Assembly (NCBI GenBank): GCA_048940445.1
Contig: JBHLON010000056.1
Coordinates: 1 to 15,554 of the forward strand
From: Promethearchaeota archaeon
GTDB taxonomy: Archaea; Asgardarchaeota; Lokiarchaeia; Sigyniarchaeales; SOKP01
Reading direction: 5' to 3'
DNA length: 15,554 nucleotides
Made by a program: the position numbers and the translations under genes. The notes beneath the pieces are model-generated. The model worked only from the letters and a program-made list of their open reading frames with translations. It was not told where the DNA came from and ran no database searches. Positions 7,556 through 15,554 of the stretch are shown piece by piece; position 1 is the stretch's first letter; the number at the start of each line of letters is the position of its first letter.

Positions 7556-8470
7556 ATGAAGATTGACTTAATTTCTGACAATAAAGTGATTATCACTGCT
7601 GCTATAACGGGAGGTATCCATGGAAAATGGGCAAATCCAAATTTACCTATCACTGCAGAAGAACAAGCTCAAGATGCATTTGAATGTTATAAAGCAGGAG
7701 CTTCTATAGTGCATATTCATGTGAGGGGAGAAGATGGTCAGAATACACCTGATCTGAAATATTACAATCAAACAATTAATTTGATAGAAGAAAAATGTCC
7801 TATCATTAGACAAATAGGGAATGGAATAGGTGCTTGGTTAGAAACAACCAAGAGAACGCTGAAATCTGGAAGAAAGCTAGTTCATTCAGAAATTGTACAA
7901 CCTACCCTTGAAGATCGCCTCAATTTATTAAAGATTAATCCGCCCCCTGAAATGCACACTATCAATGCAGGAACGTTTCAGTTTCGAACTCCTTATGGAA
8001 GTGCAACTTTTGAAAATCCTATTGAATTCAATAGAAAATATATTAATAGGTGTAAAAAGAAGGGATTTGGGATTGAGATTGAAGTCTATGATTCAAGTCA
8101 CATAGCTAATGTTATGGAACTGGTTGAGGAAGGATATCTAATACCGCCTTTACATTTTAGTATTGTATTAGGTATTAAAGGTGGGGCACCTGCTACAATA
8201 GAAAACCTATTAAATTTAGTTCATCAAATTCCAGAAGGATCAACATGGCAAGTCGTCACAGTAGGTAAGTTCAACCTTCGAACAACCCTAATAGCAATGA
8301 GTATGGGAGCGAATGTACGAACTGGATTAGAAGATACTATTTATTATCAGAAAGGAGAATTAGTGCAAAGTAATGCTCAATTAGTTGAAAGAATGGTTCG
8401 ATTAGCCAAGGAAATAGGAAGAGAACCCGCTAATGTAGATGAAGCAAAGGAAATCTTAAAATTAAGCTAA
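7556..8470 (+). CDS. BKACE / DUF849 beta-keto acid cleavage family enzyme (3-keto-5-aminohexanoate cleavage protein-like)
   Basis: IITAAITGG, NPNLPIT, AGASIVHIHVR (Zn-binding HxH), EIEVYD, RTGLED, SNAQLV, GREPA motifs. Confidence 0.95.
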   Translation: MKIDLISDNKVIITAAITGGIHGKWANPNLPITAEEQAQDAFECYKAGASIVHIHVRGEDGQNTPDLKYYNQTINLIEEKCPIIRQIGNGIGAWLETTKRTLKSGRKLVHSEIVQPTLEDRLNLLKINPPPEMHTINAGTFQFRTPYGSATFENPIEFNRKYINRCKKKGFGIEIEVYDSSHIANVMELVEEGYLIPPLHFSIVLGIKGGAPATIENLLNLVHQIPEGSTWQVVTVGKFNLRTTLIAMSMGANVRTGLEDTIYYQKGELVQSNAQLVERMVRLAKEIGREPANVDEAKEILKLS

Positions 8471-8502
8471 AAAAAATAAAAAAAAGAAATATTAATATTA
8501 AG

Positions 8503-9951
8503 TTAAGCTAACTCAGGATGTTTTTTTAGTTCTTCTCTCATTTTTTCGAGTTTTTCTCCGTGTAAATCGTAAAATTTAAAGAATAAAATTGAACCTACAA
8601 GCGCTATTGATGGAAATACAAACATTAACGATTTCAAAGCAATTTGAATTAAAAGGGGATCAGTGGGAATAGGCGTATATGAACTCCAACCGGTTCCTGC
8701 AAATAAGGGAGCAATGGTACTAATTCCTAGAATCATTGAAAAGCGATGGATGAATGCATTAACACCATAGTAACTTGCTGCCCTTTTAACTCCGAATTTA
8801 AGCGCGTCCTGGTCAATTACATCTCCATGAATTAGATCTACAAAAAAGAGAGCTGCAGATAGTCCAAAGCCCACCGTAGCAAAGATTACCAAGGATAGCG
8901 TTCTGCTTAAGTCATTATTAGATAAAAAGACTAATGGAAATAGAGTTATAATCCATATTCCCATTCCAAGTATGATCCCTTTACGCGTACCTAGTTTCTT
9001 CCTGATTTTTGATTGAAGAGGCATAAATATGGCAGCAGATAAGAGGGCTATCATTAATGTAACTCCAATCAAAAAAGCACCCTTATCTCTACCGAGCACA
9101 AAAACCGAATAAAGAGGAAATACTGTTAATAAAATATTAAAACAATACCAAATAAGCATGTTTCCAAAAGTAAACTTAATAAACGTTCTATTGGAAAAAG
9201 TTATTTTTAAAGATTCAAAGAATTTCGGTCGTTTCTCAAAGTCGCTGATATCTTCTTCTTTTTCTTTCACGCCTGCAAAAATGAATACTGCTGCTATAAT
9301 TGCTATTAATATACATAAAGTTATACCTGCAAGTATGTATTGAAATCGAATTTTAGAAACTTGTTCTATAAAACCAAGAGGAGAATCTTCATAACTAATC
9401 GTAGGAACTAAAGGAGATATAATAATAGTTGGGACAATTGAAGCCAATATAACAGCGATCATTGTAAACATTTTTGTAAATACATTTACATCTCCTCTCT
9501 GTTTTTCTGTAGGGAACATCTCAGGAAATATAGAGTTCATATTTACTGAAAACATTGTATAAAATAACTCAAATGTAAAGATTACCGCTAAAAAGTACCA
9601 GAACTCAACATCAAACGTAGAAATACTCAATGGACTTCTTAATGGTACAGTAAAAAGAAAGATCATTATCAATGCTAAAGGGACAAATGAAATTATTAAG
9701 TAAAATTTCCTTTTTCCTAATCTTCCTTTCTGTTTAGTTTTTTCACTTAACGCACCAAGCAACGGATCGTTACACATGTTCCAAATTCCCCATGCAACAT
9801 ATCCAACCCACATTTCAAACGTAGTAAGTCCTACCACAGCAAAGTAAAAAGTAAAGACATAAATTGTGAAAGCTTGATAAGTCATTTGATCTGGAAACGC
9901 ATTCAAGCCAAATAGTATTCTTTCTTTTAAAGGTACTTTTCTTTCACTCAT
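8503..9951 (-). CDS. MFS transporter, glycoside-pentoside-hexuronide (MelB/GPH-like) family
   Basis: About 12 TM; WNMCNDPLLGALSEKT...GKRK, FPE...R and GDVIDQD...KR...YYG motifs typical of GPH symporters. Confidence 0.9.
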   Translation of the reverse strand: MSERKVPLKERILFGLNAFPDQMTYQAFTIYVFTFYFAVVGLTTFEMWVGYVAWGIWNMCNDPLLGALSEKTKQKGRLGKRKFYLIISFVPLALIMIFLFTVPLRSPLSISTFDVEFWYFLAVIFTFELFYTMFSVNMNSIFPEMFPTEKQRGDVNVFTKMFTMIAVILASIVPTIIISPLVPTISYEDSPLGFIEQVSKIRFQYILAGITLCILIAIIAAVFIFAGVKEKEEDISDFEKRPKFFESLKITFSNRTFIKFTFGNMLIWYCFNILLTVFPLYSVFVLGRDKGAFLIGVTLMIALLSAAIFMPLQSKIRKKLGTRKGIILGMGIWIITLFPLVFLSNNDLSRTLSLVIFATVGFGLSAALFFVDLIHGDVIDQDALKFGVKRAASYYGVNAFIHRFSMILGISTIAPLFAGTGWSSYTPIPTDPLLIQIALKSLMFVFPSIALVGSILFFKFYDLHGEKLEKMREELKKHPELA

Positions 9952-10146
9952 TTAAAATCCCTAGTATCGATTTATACTTATATTATATTTTAATTAAATG
10001 TATTTAGATTTTGATCTTTTTAAAACTATAGAAAATTTCACGTAAAACAATATCAAATTTTACAATTTTCATTTAATTGGAACTATATTCTTAAATAATT
10101 ATAAATTATCATTAACGATATTAATAGCAAAAAGACTTGATGAAAT

Positions 10147-10731
10147 ATGACGGATTTAAATATAAATGCTATCTATTTTGAGAGAGGAGGTGCCCAAAAT
10201 ACTGATAGAGCATTGGAAATTGCTAAGAAATATGCAGATCAATTAAATATTAGGGATATTATAGTTGCAAGTACAACAGGAATGACAGCAAATAAGGCTA
10301 TTGAAATATTTAATCCTCAAAAATATAATTTGGTGATAATTACTCACTCATATTACTTTGTTGGAACTAGTAAACGGCAAGAATTTCCAGAAGATCAAAT
10401 CCGTAACTTAAAGGAAAAAGGAGCAAGAATTTTCACTGGAACCCATGCCTTAGCTGGACCAGAAAGAAGTCTTCGCATATCTTTAAAACAATGGGGTCCA
10501 ATTGAAATAATGGCGAAATATTTACGGGAGCAATTTAGTCAAGGTACAAAAGTATGCATTGAGATGGCTGCTATGGCATCAGATGCAGGACTTATTGGAG
10601 ATATAGAAAAAGACATCATTTGTTTAGCCGGAACTGGTCGTGGTGCTGATACAGCATGCTTAATCAAACCAGCAACTACAAGCTTGTTTGATAAATTAAG
10701 AGTAAAAGCAATATTATGCAAACCGCTATAA
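10147..10731 (+). CDS. Pyruvate kinase C-terminal-like domain protein (MTH1675-like), function unknown
   Basis: YFE.GG..NT, VASTTG.TA, HALAG.ERS, QG.KVCIE...MA.DAG, GTGRGADTA and terminal CKP motifs. Confidence 0.9.
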   Translation: MTDLNINAIYFERGGAQNTDRALEIAKKYADQLNIRDIIVASTTGMTANKAIEIFNPQKYNLVIITHSYYFVGTSKRQEFPEDQIRNLKEKGARIFTGTHALAGPERSLRISLKQWGPIEIMAKYLREQFSQGTKVCIEMAAMASDAGLIGDIEKDIICLAGTGRGADTACLIKPATTSLFDKLRVKAILCKPL

Positions 10732-10774
10732 TCAGAAAAATTATTTTGAAAATTATAAAAAAAAGAAAATAAAA

Positions 10775-11962
10775 CTATATAATATCTAATTTTTTTCCTA
10801 CTTTTTCAATAGCGCTTAAAGCCATTGTTAAATCTTCTTTAGTAAGTAACGCATTCATTTGTACTCTAATTCGAGATAATTCTCGTGCAACCATTGGAAA
10901 AACTATTGGTGTTCCATATATATTTTCTTCTTCAAAGAGGATTCTAGCTAGTTCTTGGGCTTTTCCGGGATCGCCAATAATCAAAGGAATGATTGGTGTT
11001 TCAGAGTTTCCCGTATTATATCCCATACTTTGAACCTCTTTTTTAAAATAATCTGTATGCTCCCATACTCTTTTTACATGTTCTGGTTCATTTTCAACAA
11101 CTTCAATAGATGCTTTATTTGCAGCCACAACTCCAGGAGGGTGTGCTGTACTTAAAAGATATGTCCTACTCTTATTCGCACAAAATTCAATTAAGTCCTT
11201 TGAGCCTGCTACAGTACCACCAAAAACACCAAATCCTTTGCTCATGGAACCCCCCTCAACATGAACTTTACCTTGTAGTTTGAAATGAGCTACAATACCC
11301 CTCCCTTCTCCAAGCACTCCTTCTCCATGGCAATCATCAACAAAAATCATGGTTCCGAATTCCTCAGCAACTTTAACAATTTTATCTAAAGGAGCTATGT
11401 CTCCATCCATACTGAAAACGCCATCAGTTATAATGCAAATTCTTCTGGCACCCTCTTTTTCAGCTTCCTTTAATTGTGTTTCTAAATCTGCAATATCACG
11501 ATGTTTATAGATAATTCTTTTAGCTCCAGATAATCTTACTCCATCTATGATAGAACCATGATTTAATTCGTCCGAGACAACAATATCGGGTTTTCCCACT
11601 AACATGGGGATGAGTCCTGAATTTACTGCAAATCCTGTTTGACAAAGAAGCGAAGCTTCAACTTCTTTAAATTCAGCAAACTTTTTTTCAAATTGCTTTG
11701 TTAGATCAAAAGAACCTGCGATGACGGGTACTGCCCCCGCTCCAGCACCGTACTTCTTTGTAGCTTCAATAGAAGCTTGGATAACTTTTGGATGTGTTGC
11801 TAAACCAAGATAATTGTTAGTATTAAGCATTAAAACTTTTTTGCCATCGACAGTAGAATGTGGTTTCGAACCTTCTTCAAGATACCGAATTATCCATTCA
11901 AGATTATTTGCTTTTAACTCAGTCATCTCTTCCTTAAGGAAAGCCTCTGGATCTCTTCTCAT
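10775..11962 (-). CDS. kbl: Glycine C-acetyltransferase (2-amino-3-ketobutyrate CoA ligase; PLP-dependent alpha-oxoamine synthase family)
   Basis: NNYLGLA, SDELNHGSIIDGVRL, DGVFSMDGD, DDCHG, SMSK (PLP lysine), RIRVQM. Adjacency to threonine dehydrogenase favours Kbl over BioF. Confidence 0.88.
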   Translation of the reverse strand: MRRDPEAFLKEEMTELKANNLEWIIRYLEEGSKPHSTVDGKKVLMLNTNNYLGLATHPKVIQASIEATKKYGAGAGAVPVIAGSFDLTKQFEKKFAEFKEVEASLLCQTGFAVNSGLIPMLVGKPDIVVSDELNHGSIIDGVRLSGAKRIIYKHRDIADLETQLKEAEKEGARRICIITDGVFSMDGDIAPLDKIVKVAEEFGTMIFVDDCHGEGVLGEGRGIVAHFKLQGKVHVEGGSMSKGFGVFGGTVAGSKDLIEFCANKSRTYLLSTAHPPGVVAANKASIEVVENEPEHVKRVWEHTDYFKKEVQSMGYNTGNSETPIIPLIIGDPGKAQELARILFEEENIYGTPIVFPMVARELSRIRVQMNALLTKEDLTMALSAIEKVGKKLDII

Positions 11963-12142
11963 AAAATCATCTTTTCACTTTAGATTTATTTCTAAAATTA
12001 ATACTTAAAAGGTATTTAGAAAAGTATATTAGTTTTACCCCTATGAAAAGAAGATTCAATCAAAGAAAAAAAGGCATAAAGCTTTTTTAAAAGATTAGAT
12101 TAAAATTAATACTAAAACTCTTAAATTAAATTGCTGATAGAA

Positions 12143-13090
12143 ATGAGAAAAATTTTAGTAATAGGAGCTGCTGGACAGATAGGATCTGAGCTTGTACCTG
12201 CATTAAGAGAAAAATATGGAAATAATAATGTAATTGCCACAGGAAGGAACACACCCTTACCTAAAATAATAACAGAAAATGGACCGGTTATATATTTAGA
12301 TGCAATTGACAAAGAATTGCTTTCAAAAGCATTGTTTGAGTATGATATTAACACAATTTTTCATATGGCTTCAATTCTCTCCGCTACTGGAGAGAAAATG
12401 CCTCAAGTTGCCTGGAATATAAATATTAATGGATTAATAAATGTGTTAGAAGCAGGAAGAAAATACAATATAGATCGTATAATATGGCCAAGTTCAATTG
12501 CAGCTTTTGGACCTTCCACTCCTAGAGAAAGTACCCCCAATGATACAATTCTCCAACCATCTACTATCTATGGTATTACCAAGGTTACAGGTGAACTTCT
12601 AATAGAATATTATTATAAGAAATATGGATTAGATACTAGATCTATGCGACTTCCTGGAATAATTAGTAGTGAAACACTTCCAGGAGGGGGCACCACTGAC
12701 TATGCTGTTGAAATATTTTATGAGGCGATTAAACATAAAACATATACCTGCTTTCTTAAAGAGGATACAGTTTTACCAATGATGTATATGCCGGATTGTT
12801 TAAAAAGCATGATAGATTTATTAGAGGCCGATTCTTCAAAGCTAAAACGACATGTTTATAATGTAACTGGAATGAGCTTTTCTGCTGGAGAACTTGCGAA
12901 GGAAATTCAAAAATTTCTACCTGAATTTAAGATAAAATATGAACCAGATTTTAGGCAAGAGATAGCAGACTCTTGGCCTCGTACAATTGATGATTCACTA
13001 GCTCGTCAAGAATGGGTTTGGAATCCCAGTTATGACTTAAGCTCCATGACTAAGGATATGATTCAAATATTAAGTAAAAAAATAAAATAA
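12143..13090 (+). CDS. tdh: L-threonine 3-dehydrogenase, extended SDR (GalE-like) type
   Basis: GAAGQIG Rossmann motif, LSATGE, PSSIAAFG, YGITK, PGGGTTDYAV, MMYMPD and RQ.IADSWP motifs. ATG at 12143 preferred over TTG at 12131. Confidence 0.92.
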   Translation: MRKILVIGAAGQIGSELVPALREKYGNNNVIATGRNTPLPKIITENGPVIYLDAIDKELLSKALFEYDINTIFHMASILSATGEKMPQVAWNININGLINVLEAGRKYNIDRIIWPSSIAAFGPSTPRESTPNDTILQPSTIYGITKVTGELLIEYYYKKYGLDTRSMRLPGIISSETLPGGGTTDYAVEIFYEAIKHKTYTCFLKEDTVLPMMYMPDCLKSMIDLLEADSSKLKRHVYNVTGMSFSAGELAKEIQKFLPEFKIKYEPDFRQEIADSWPRTIDDSLARQEWVWNPSYDLSSMTKDMIQILSKKIK

Positions 13091-13109
13091 AATTTCAAAA
13101 ATCTTTCCT

Positions 13110-15554
13110 TTATTGGTTCTTTTTTAGTTTGACCCCTATATTATAAGGCGATACTATGAGTTTCTTTTTGATTAATGTATCTAAAGCCTCTAAAACAATA
13201 TCCTTATTTTTTTCATGAATTTGTGCAATTGGAGCCTGTAAACTAAACTCTTTATTTTGTTTGGTTATCGATAATATTACGTTATATAACCGTATCTCCA
13301 TTTTCTTTAATTCACCTGAATTTATAATTGCGTCAACGTAATTTTTATCTTCATTAACATTAAACTTCTTAGCATAGTGAAGAAATAAAAATTGATTTAT
13401 AATAGAAATTATATCATTTTTTATATAGGTGATATTCCCTACAAATGTAATAAATTTCTCACCGTATTGGGAAGTTAAAGCTTTAGTTAGTAAATACAGT
13501 TGTTTTTTAAGCCTTTCAGAGCTTTTTTCCTTTAAAAATAGGAGAAGGCGAAGTGACTCATAATCACAAACAAGCAATTGAAAAATATTAAAATCTAATT
13601 CTATAATATATTTTGAATACTCAGAAAGAGATTCGGTATTTTTATACTTATTAAACTCTTTTTTAATTAGAACTTGACTAAAATTTGTTATTGCTTGAAT
13701 AAATCCTGCTACCATAAAAGAATCATCATCGTTTTCAAAAATTCCTATTTCTTGAGTATATATCGGGAGACCACTCTCTTTTTGGATTAACATCAATGCT
13801 TCGATATTATTAACATCTTTATAAACTTGAATTTTGTCTATTAATTCTGCTTCCTTTTTCCTTCTCTTTGGCAATATAATATAAGATCTTAAACTTAGGA
13901 CTCCTAATACCCCAGCTAGTACAACTAATCCGATTATTATCAATAATGGTAAGAAATTTGGTGATTCGATTTGGTATATTCCAATAATAAATGAAAACGC
14001 TGTAGTTTTATAGATGATATCCTCTTTTGAGACCATTATCTGCATCTGGTAAGTTCCACTACCTTCAGCAGGTAATTTTAACTTTAATTCATAAATCCCA
14101 TTTCCTAATTCATTGAAAAAGTCATTATTATATTTCCAATTATAAGAAACTGTCGCATTTTCAATATAATTTTCAACTCCTTGTTCTGTTATATTCAATC
14201 GTATAGTAATTTGATCCCCAGCGTTTCCATAAATAATATTGTCAAATCCTATCGGTGTTATATGAAATTCAATCTGTTTAACAAAAATTTGAAGAGCAAA
14301 AGTAGTAGTAGTATAATTATTTTGCACAAATCTTAAATAGACATAATTGGGTCCAATTGAAAAAAATGGTGAACTAACAATTATTGATAAATTATACCAA
14401 TAGTCCATAGATTCTGTAAGTTCTATCTCATTTTCACCATTTATGAATGTTATATTTCCGCCGGATAAAAACTGTGCATCAATTTCAGCATAAGCTCTGC
14501 ATGAAAGATTAAATATTTGATTATAAAAGATTTCGAGCAAATAATTTTCTGGGACATTCTGATAATTAATTTGAGTAGTAAGATCTATATTTTGTGCTCG
14601 AATATATAATTGAAAAGCAAAGATTCTAGTACTATAATTTGTTTGTTCAAATCTTAAGAAAATAGTATTTATACCAGAATCAAAATACATCCCGTCTAAA
14701 ACTATGGATTTAGTAAAGTAAGTAGAAGGTGTCTCTGTTAGATTCACCATATAATTGTTGCTTATCAAGGTCATAATCCCCCCAGATAGATATGTGCCTC
14801 CTAAAATAGTGCGGACTCTTGTTGAAATATTGATTTGTTGTTGGAAATAAGCTTCAATTAGAGAATTTTCAAAAATTGGAACTGAGTTAATACTGACTGA
14901 AATATTTACTTCTTTATTATTAATTATAACTATAATATTCTCAAAAGCAGTTTCATAAGAAGCACGCTTAAATGTTATCAAGACGGAGTAATAATCAATA
15001 CTCATGCCCGTAGTATCTAGAGTAATATCAAATTGATTTGATATAGGTGTAATGAAGTAAGAACCTTGCCACAGAACATTGCAATTAGCTCCAGGAATCA
15101 ATTCACCTGAATTTTCATCTGTATAATTTGCCCTTATCTGAACCATAGCACCTTGGTATACTGAAATCAAACTAACATTCACATAAGCGATAGTTGGAAT
15201 GGGATGCACTAAAAGGGTGAGAAATTCATTAGCATCTCCATAGTTTGTCATATTAGCAAAAATTTCAATAGTATAAGATTCAAGATATCCTTGAGTAGGG
15301 ATACTTTCTGTAGAAAAATCTAGTGTATAAGTTCCATTATTGTGATCTGTTACGTTATAAGAATTAAACCAATCAGTTGAGATATTAGCAGGCCATAATA
15401 GAGTTTTAGTAATAGCTCCTCTCACATTTATTCGGCACGAAACAATAGTATTTGCACTCGTTTCAATTACGTTATGGGATAATTCTATCTCTAATGATTG
15501 TGGAATTACTTTTAAATGAATTAAATTATTAATTGTTTGATTTTCATAAAATAA
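13110..15554 (-). CDS. Large single-pass surface protein (5'-truncated): Ig-like beta-rich repeats, TM helix, cytoplasmic longin-like domain and possible winged helix
   Basis: The frame stays open for 43 codons upstream of GTG 15425 to the window edge (LFYENQTINN...CRINV), so the real start is outside. Many N-x-S/T sequons, TM at about 13872-13955 followed by PKRRKK, then LMLIQKESGLPIY...MVAGFIQAITNFS. Confidence 0.85.
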   Translation of the reverse strand, partial: LFYENQTINNLIHLKVIPQSLEIELSHNVIETSANTIVSCRINVRGAITKTLLWPANISTDWFNSYNVTDHNNGTYTLDFSTESIPTQGYLESYTIEIFANMTNYGDANEFLTLLVHPIPTIAYVNVSLISVYQGAMVQIRANYTDENSGELIPGANCNVLWQGSYFITPISNQFDITLDTTGMSIDYYSVLITFKRASYETAFENIIVIINNKEVNISVSINSVPIFENSLIEAYFQQQINISTRVRTILGGTYLSGGIMTLISNNYMVNLTETPSTYFTKSIVLDGMYFDSGINTIFLRFEQTNYSTRIFAFQLYIRAQNIDLTTQINYQNVPENYLLEIFYNQIFNLSCRAYAEIDAQFLSGGNITFINGENEIELTESMDYWYNLSIIVSSPFFSIGPNYVYLRFVQNNYTTTTFALQIFVKQIEFHITPIGFDNIIYGNAGDQITIRLNITEQGVENYIENATVSYNWKYNNDFFNELGNGIYELKLKLPAEGSGTYQMQIMVSKEDIIYKTTAFSFIIGIYQIESPNFLPLLIIIGLVVLAGVLGVLSLRSYIILPKRRKKEAELIDKIQVYKDVNNIEALMLIQKESGLPIYTQEIGIFENDDDSFMVAGFIQAITNFSQVLIKKEFNKYKNTESLSEYSKYIIELDFNIFQLLVCDYESLRLLLFLKEKSSERLKKQLYLLTKALTSQYGEKFITFVGNITYIKNDIISIINQFLFLHYAKKFNVNEDKNYVDAIINSGELKKMEIRLYNVILSITKQNKEFSLQAPIAQIHEKNKDIVLEALDTLIKKKLIVSPYNIGVKLKKNQ
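14274..14915 (-). repeat. Two tandem ~107-aa protein repeats in the ectodomain
   Basis: ENSLIE/ENYLLE, YLSGG/FLSGG (107 aa apart), NLTE/ELTE, F.SG.N...LRFEQTNY/F.IGPN...LRFVQNNY. Confidence 0.8.

Noticed and set aside
9158-9343. 61-aa plus-strand ORF
   Set aside because: Antisense shadow of the MFS gene.
10539-10721. 60-aa minus-strand ORF
   Set aside because: Antisense shadow of the MTH1675-like gene.
10955-11155. 66-aa plus-strand ORF
   Set aside because: Antisense to kbl; no recognisable features.
11814-12008. 64-aa plus-strand ORF
   Set aside because: Mostly antisense to the kbl 5' end.
12121-12354. 77-aa minus-strand ORF
   Set aside because: Antisense to the tdh Rossmann region.
15087-15098. 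IPGA in the large surface protein resembling a PGF-type sorting motif
   Set aside because: Internal, not followed by a TM helix and basic tail; part of a beta-sandwich repeat.
15423-15425. GTG start proposed by the ORF track for the large protein
   Set aside because: The frame is open to the window edge and no signal peptide follows; the true start is upstream.

Overview
AT-rich, gene-dense window with no RNA gene, CRISPR array or mobile element visible. Several signatures point by inference to an Asgard archaeon (Lokiarchaeia-like): an IPGF/Loki-CTERM-type sorting signal, an archaeosortase-family protein, oligo-T terminators, and a large single-pass surface protein with a longin-like cytoplasmic tail. 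In order, the window holds: the 5' part of an Fpg/MutM glycosylase (missed by the ORF track), a dipeptide epimerase, an alpha/beta hydrolase, and a block of membrane proteins (DUF2585-like, GT87/GT-C-like, two unknowns). Next come a zinc-ribbon multipass protein with a C-terminal IPGF sorting signal directly followed by a divergent archaeosortase/exosortase, then a TspO-like protein, a BKACE (DUF849) enzyme, a GPH-type MFS transporter and an MTH1675-like protein. The window ends with a divergent kbl / SDR-type tdh threonine-catabolism pair and the 3' part of a large receptor-like protein. The most promising novel system is the sortase plus adjacent target pair: the target is not a typical surface protein, and a GT-C-like gene lies nearby. 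All family assignments come from motif recognition by eye, not database searches.
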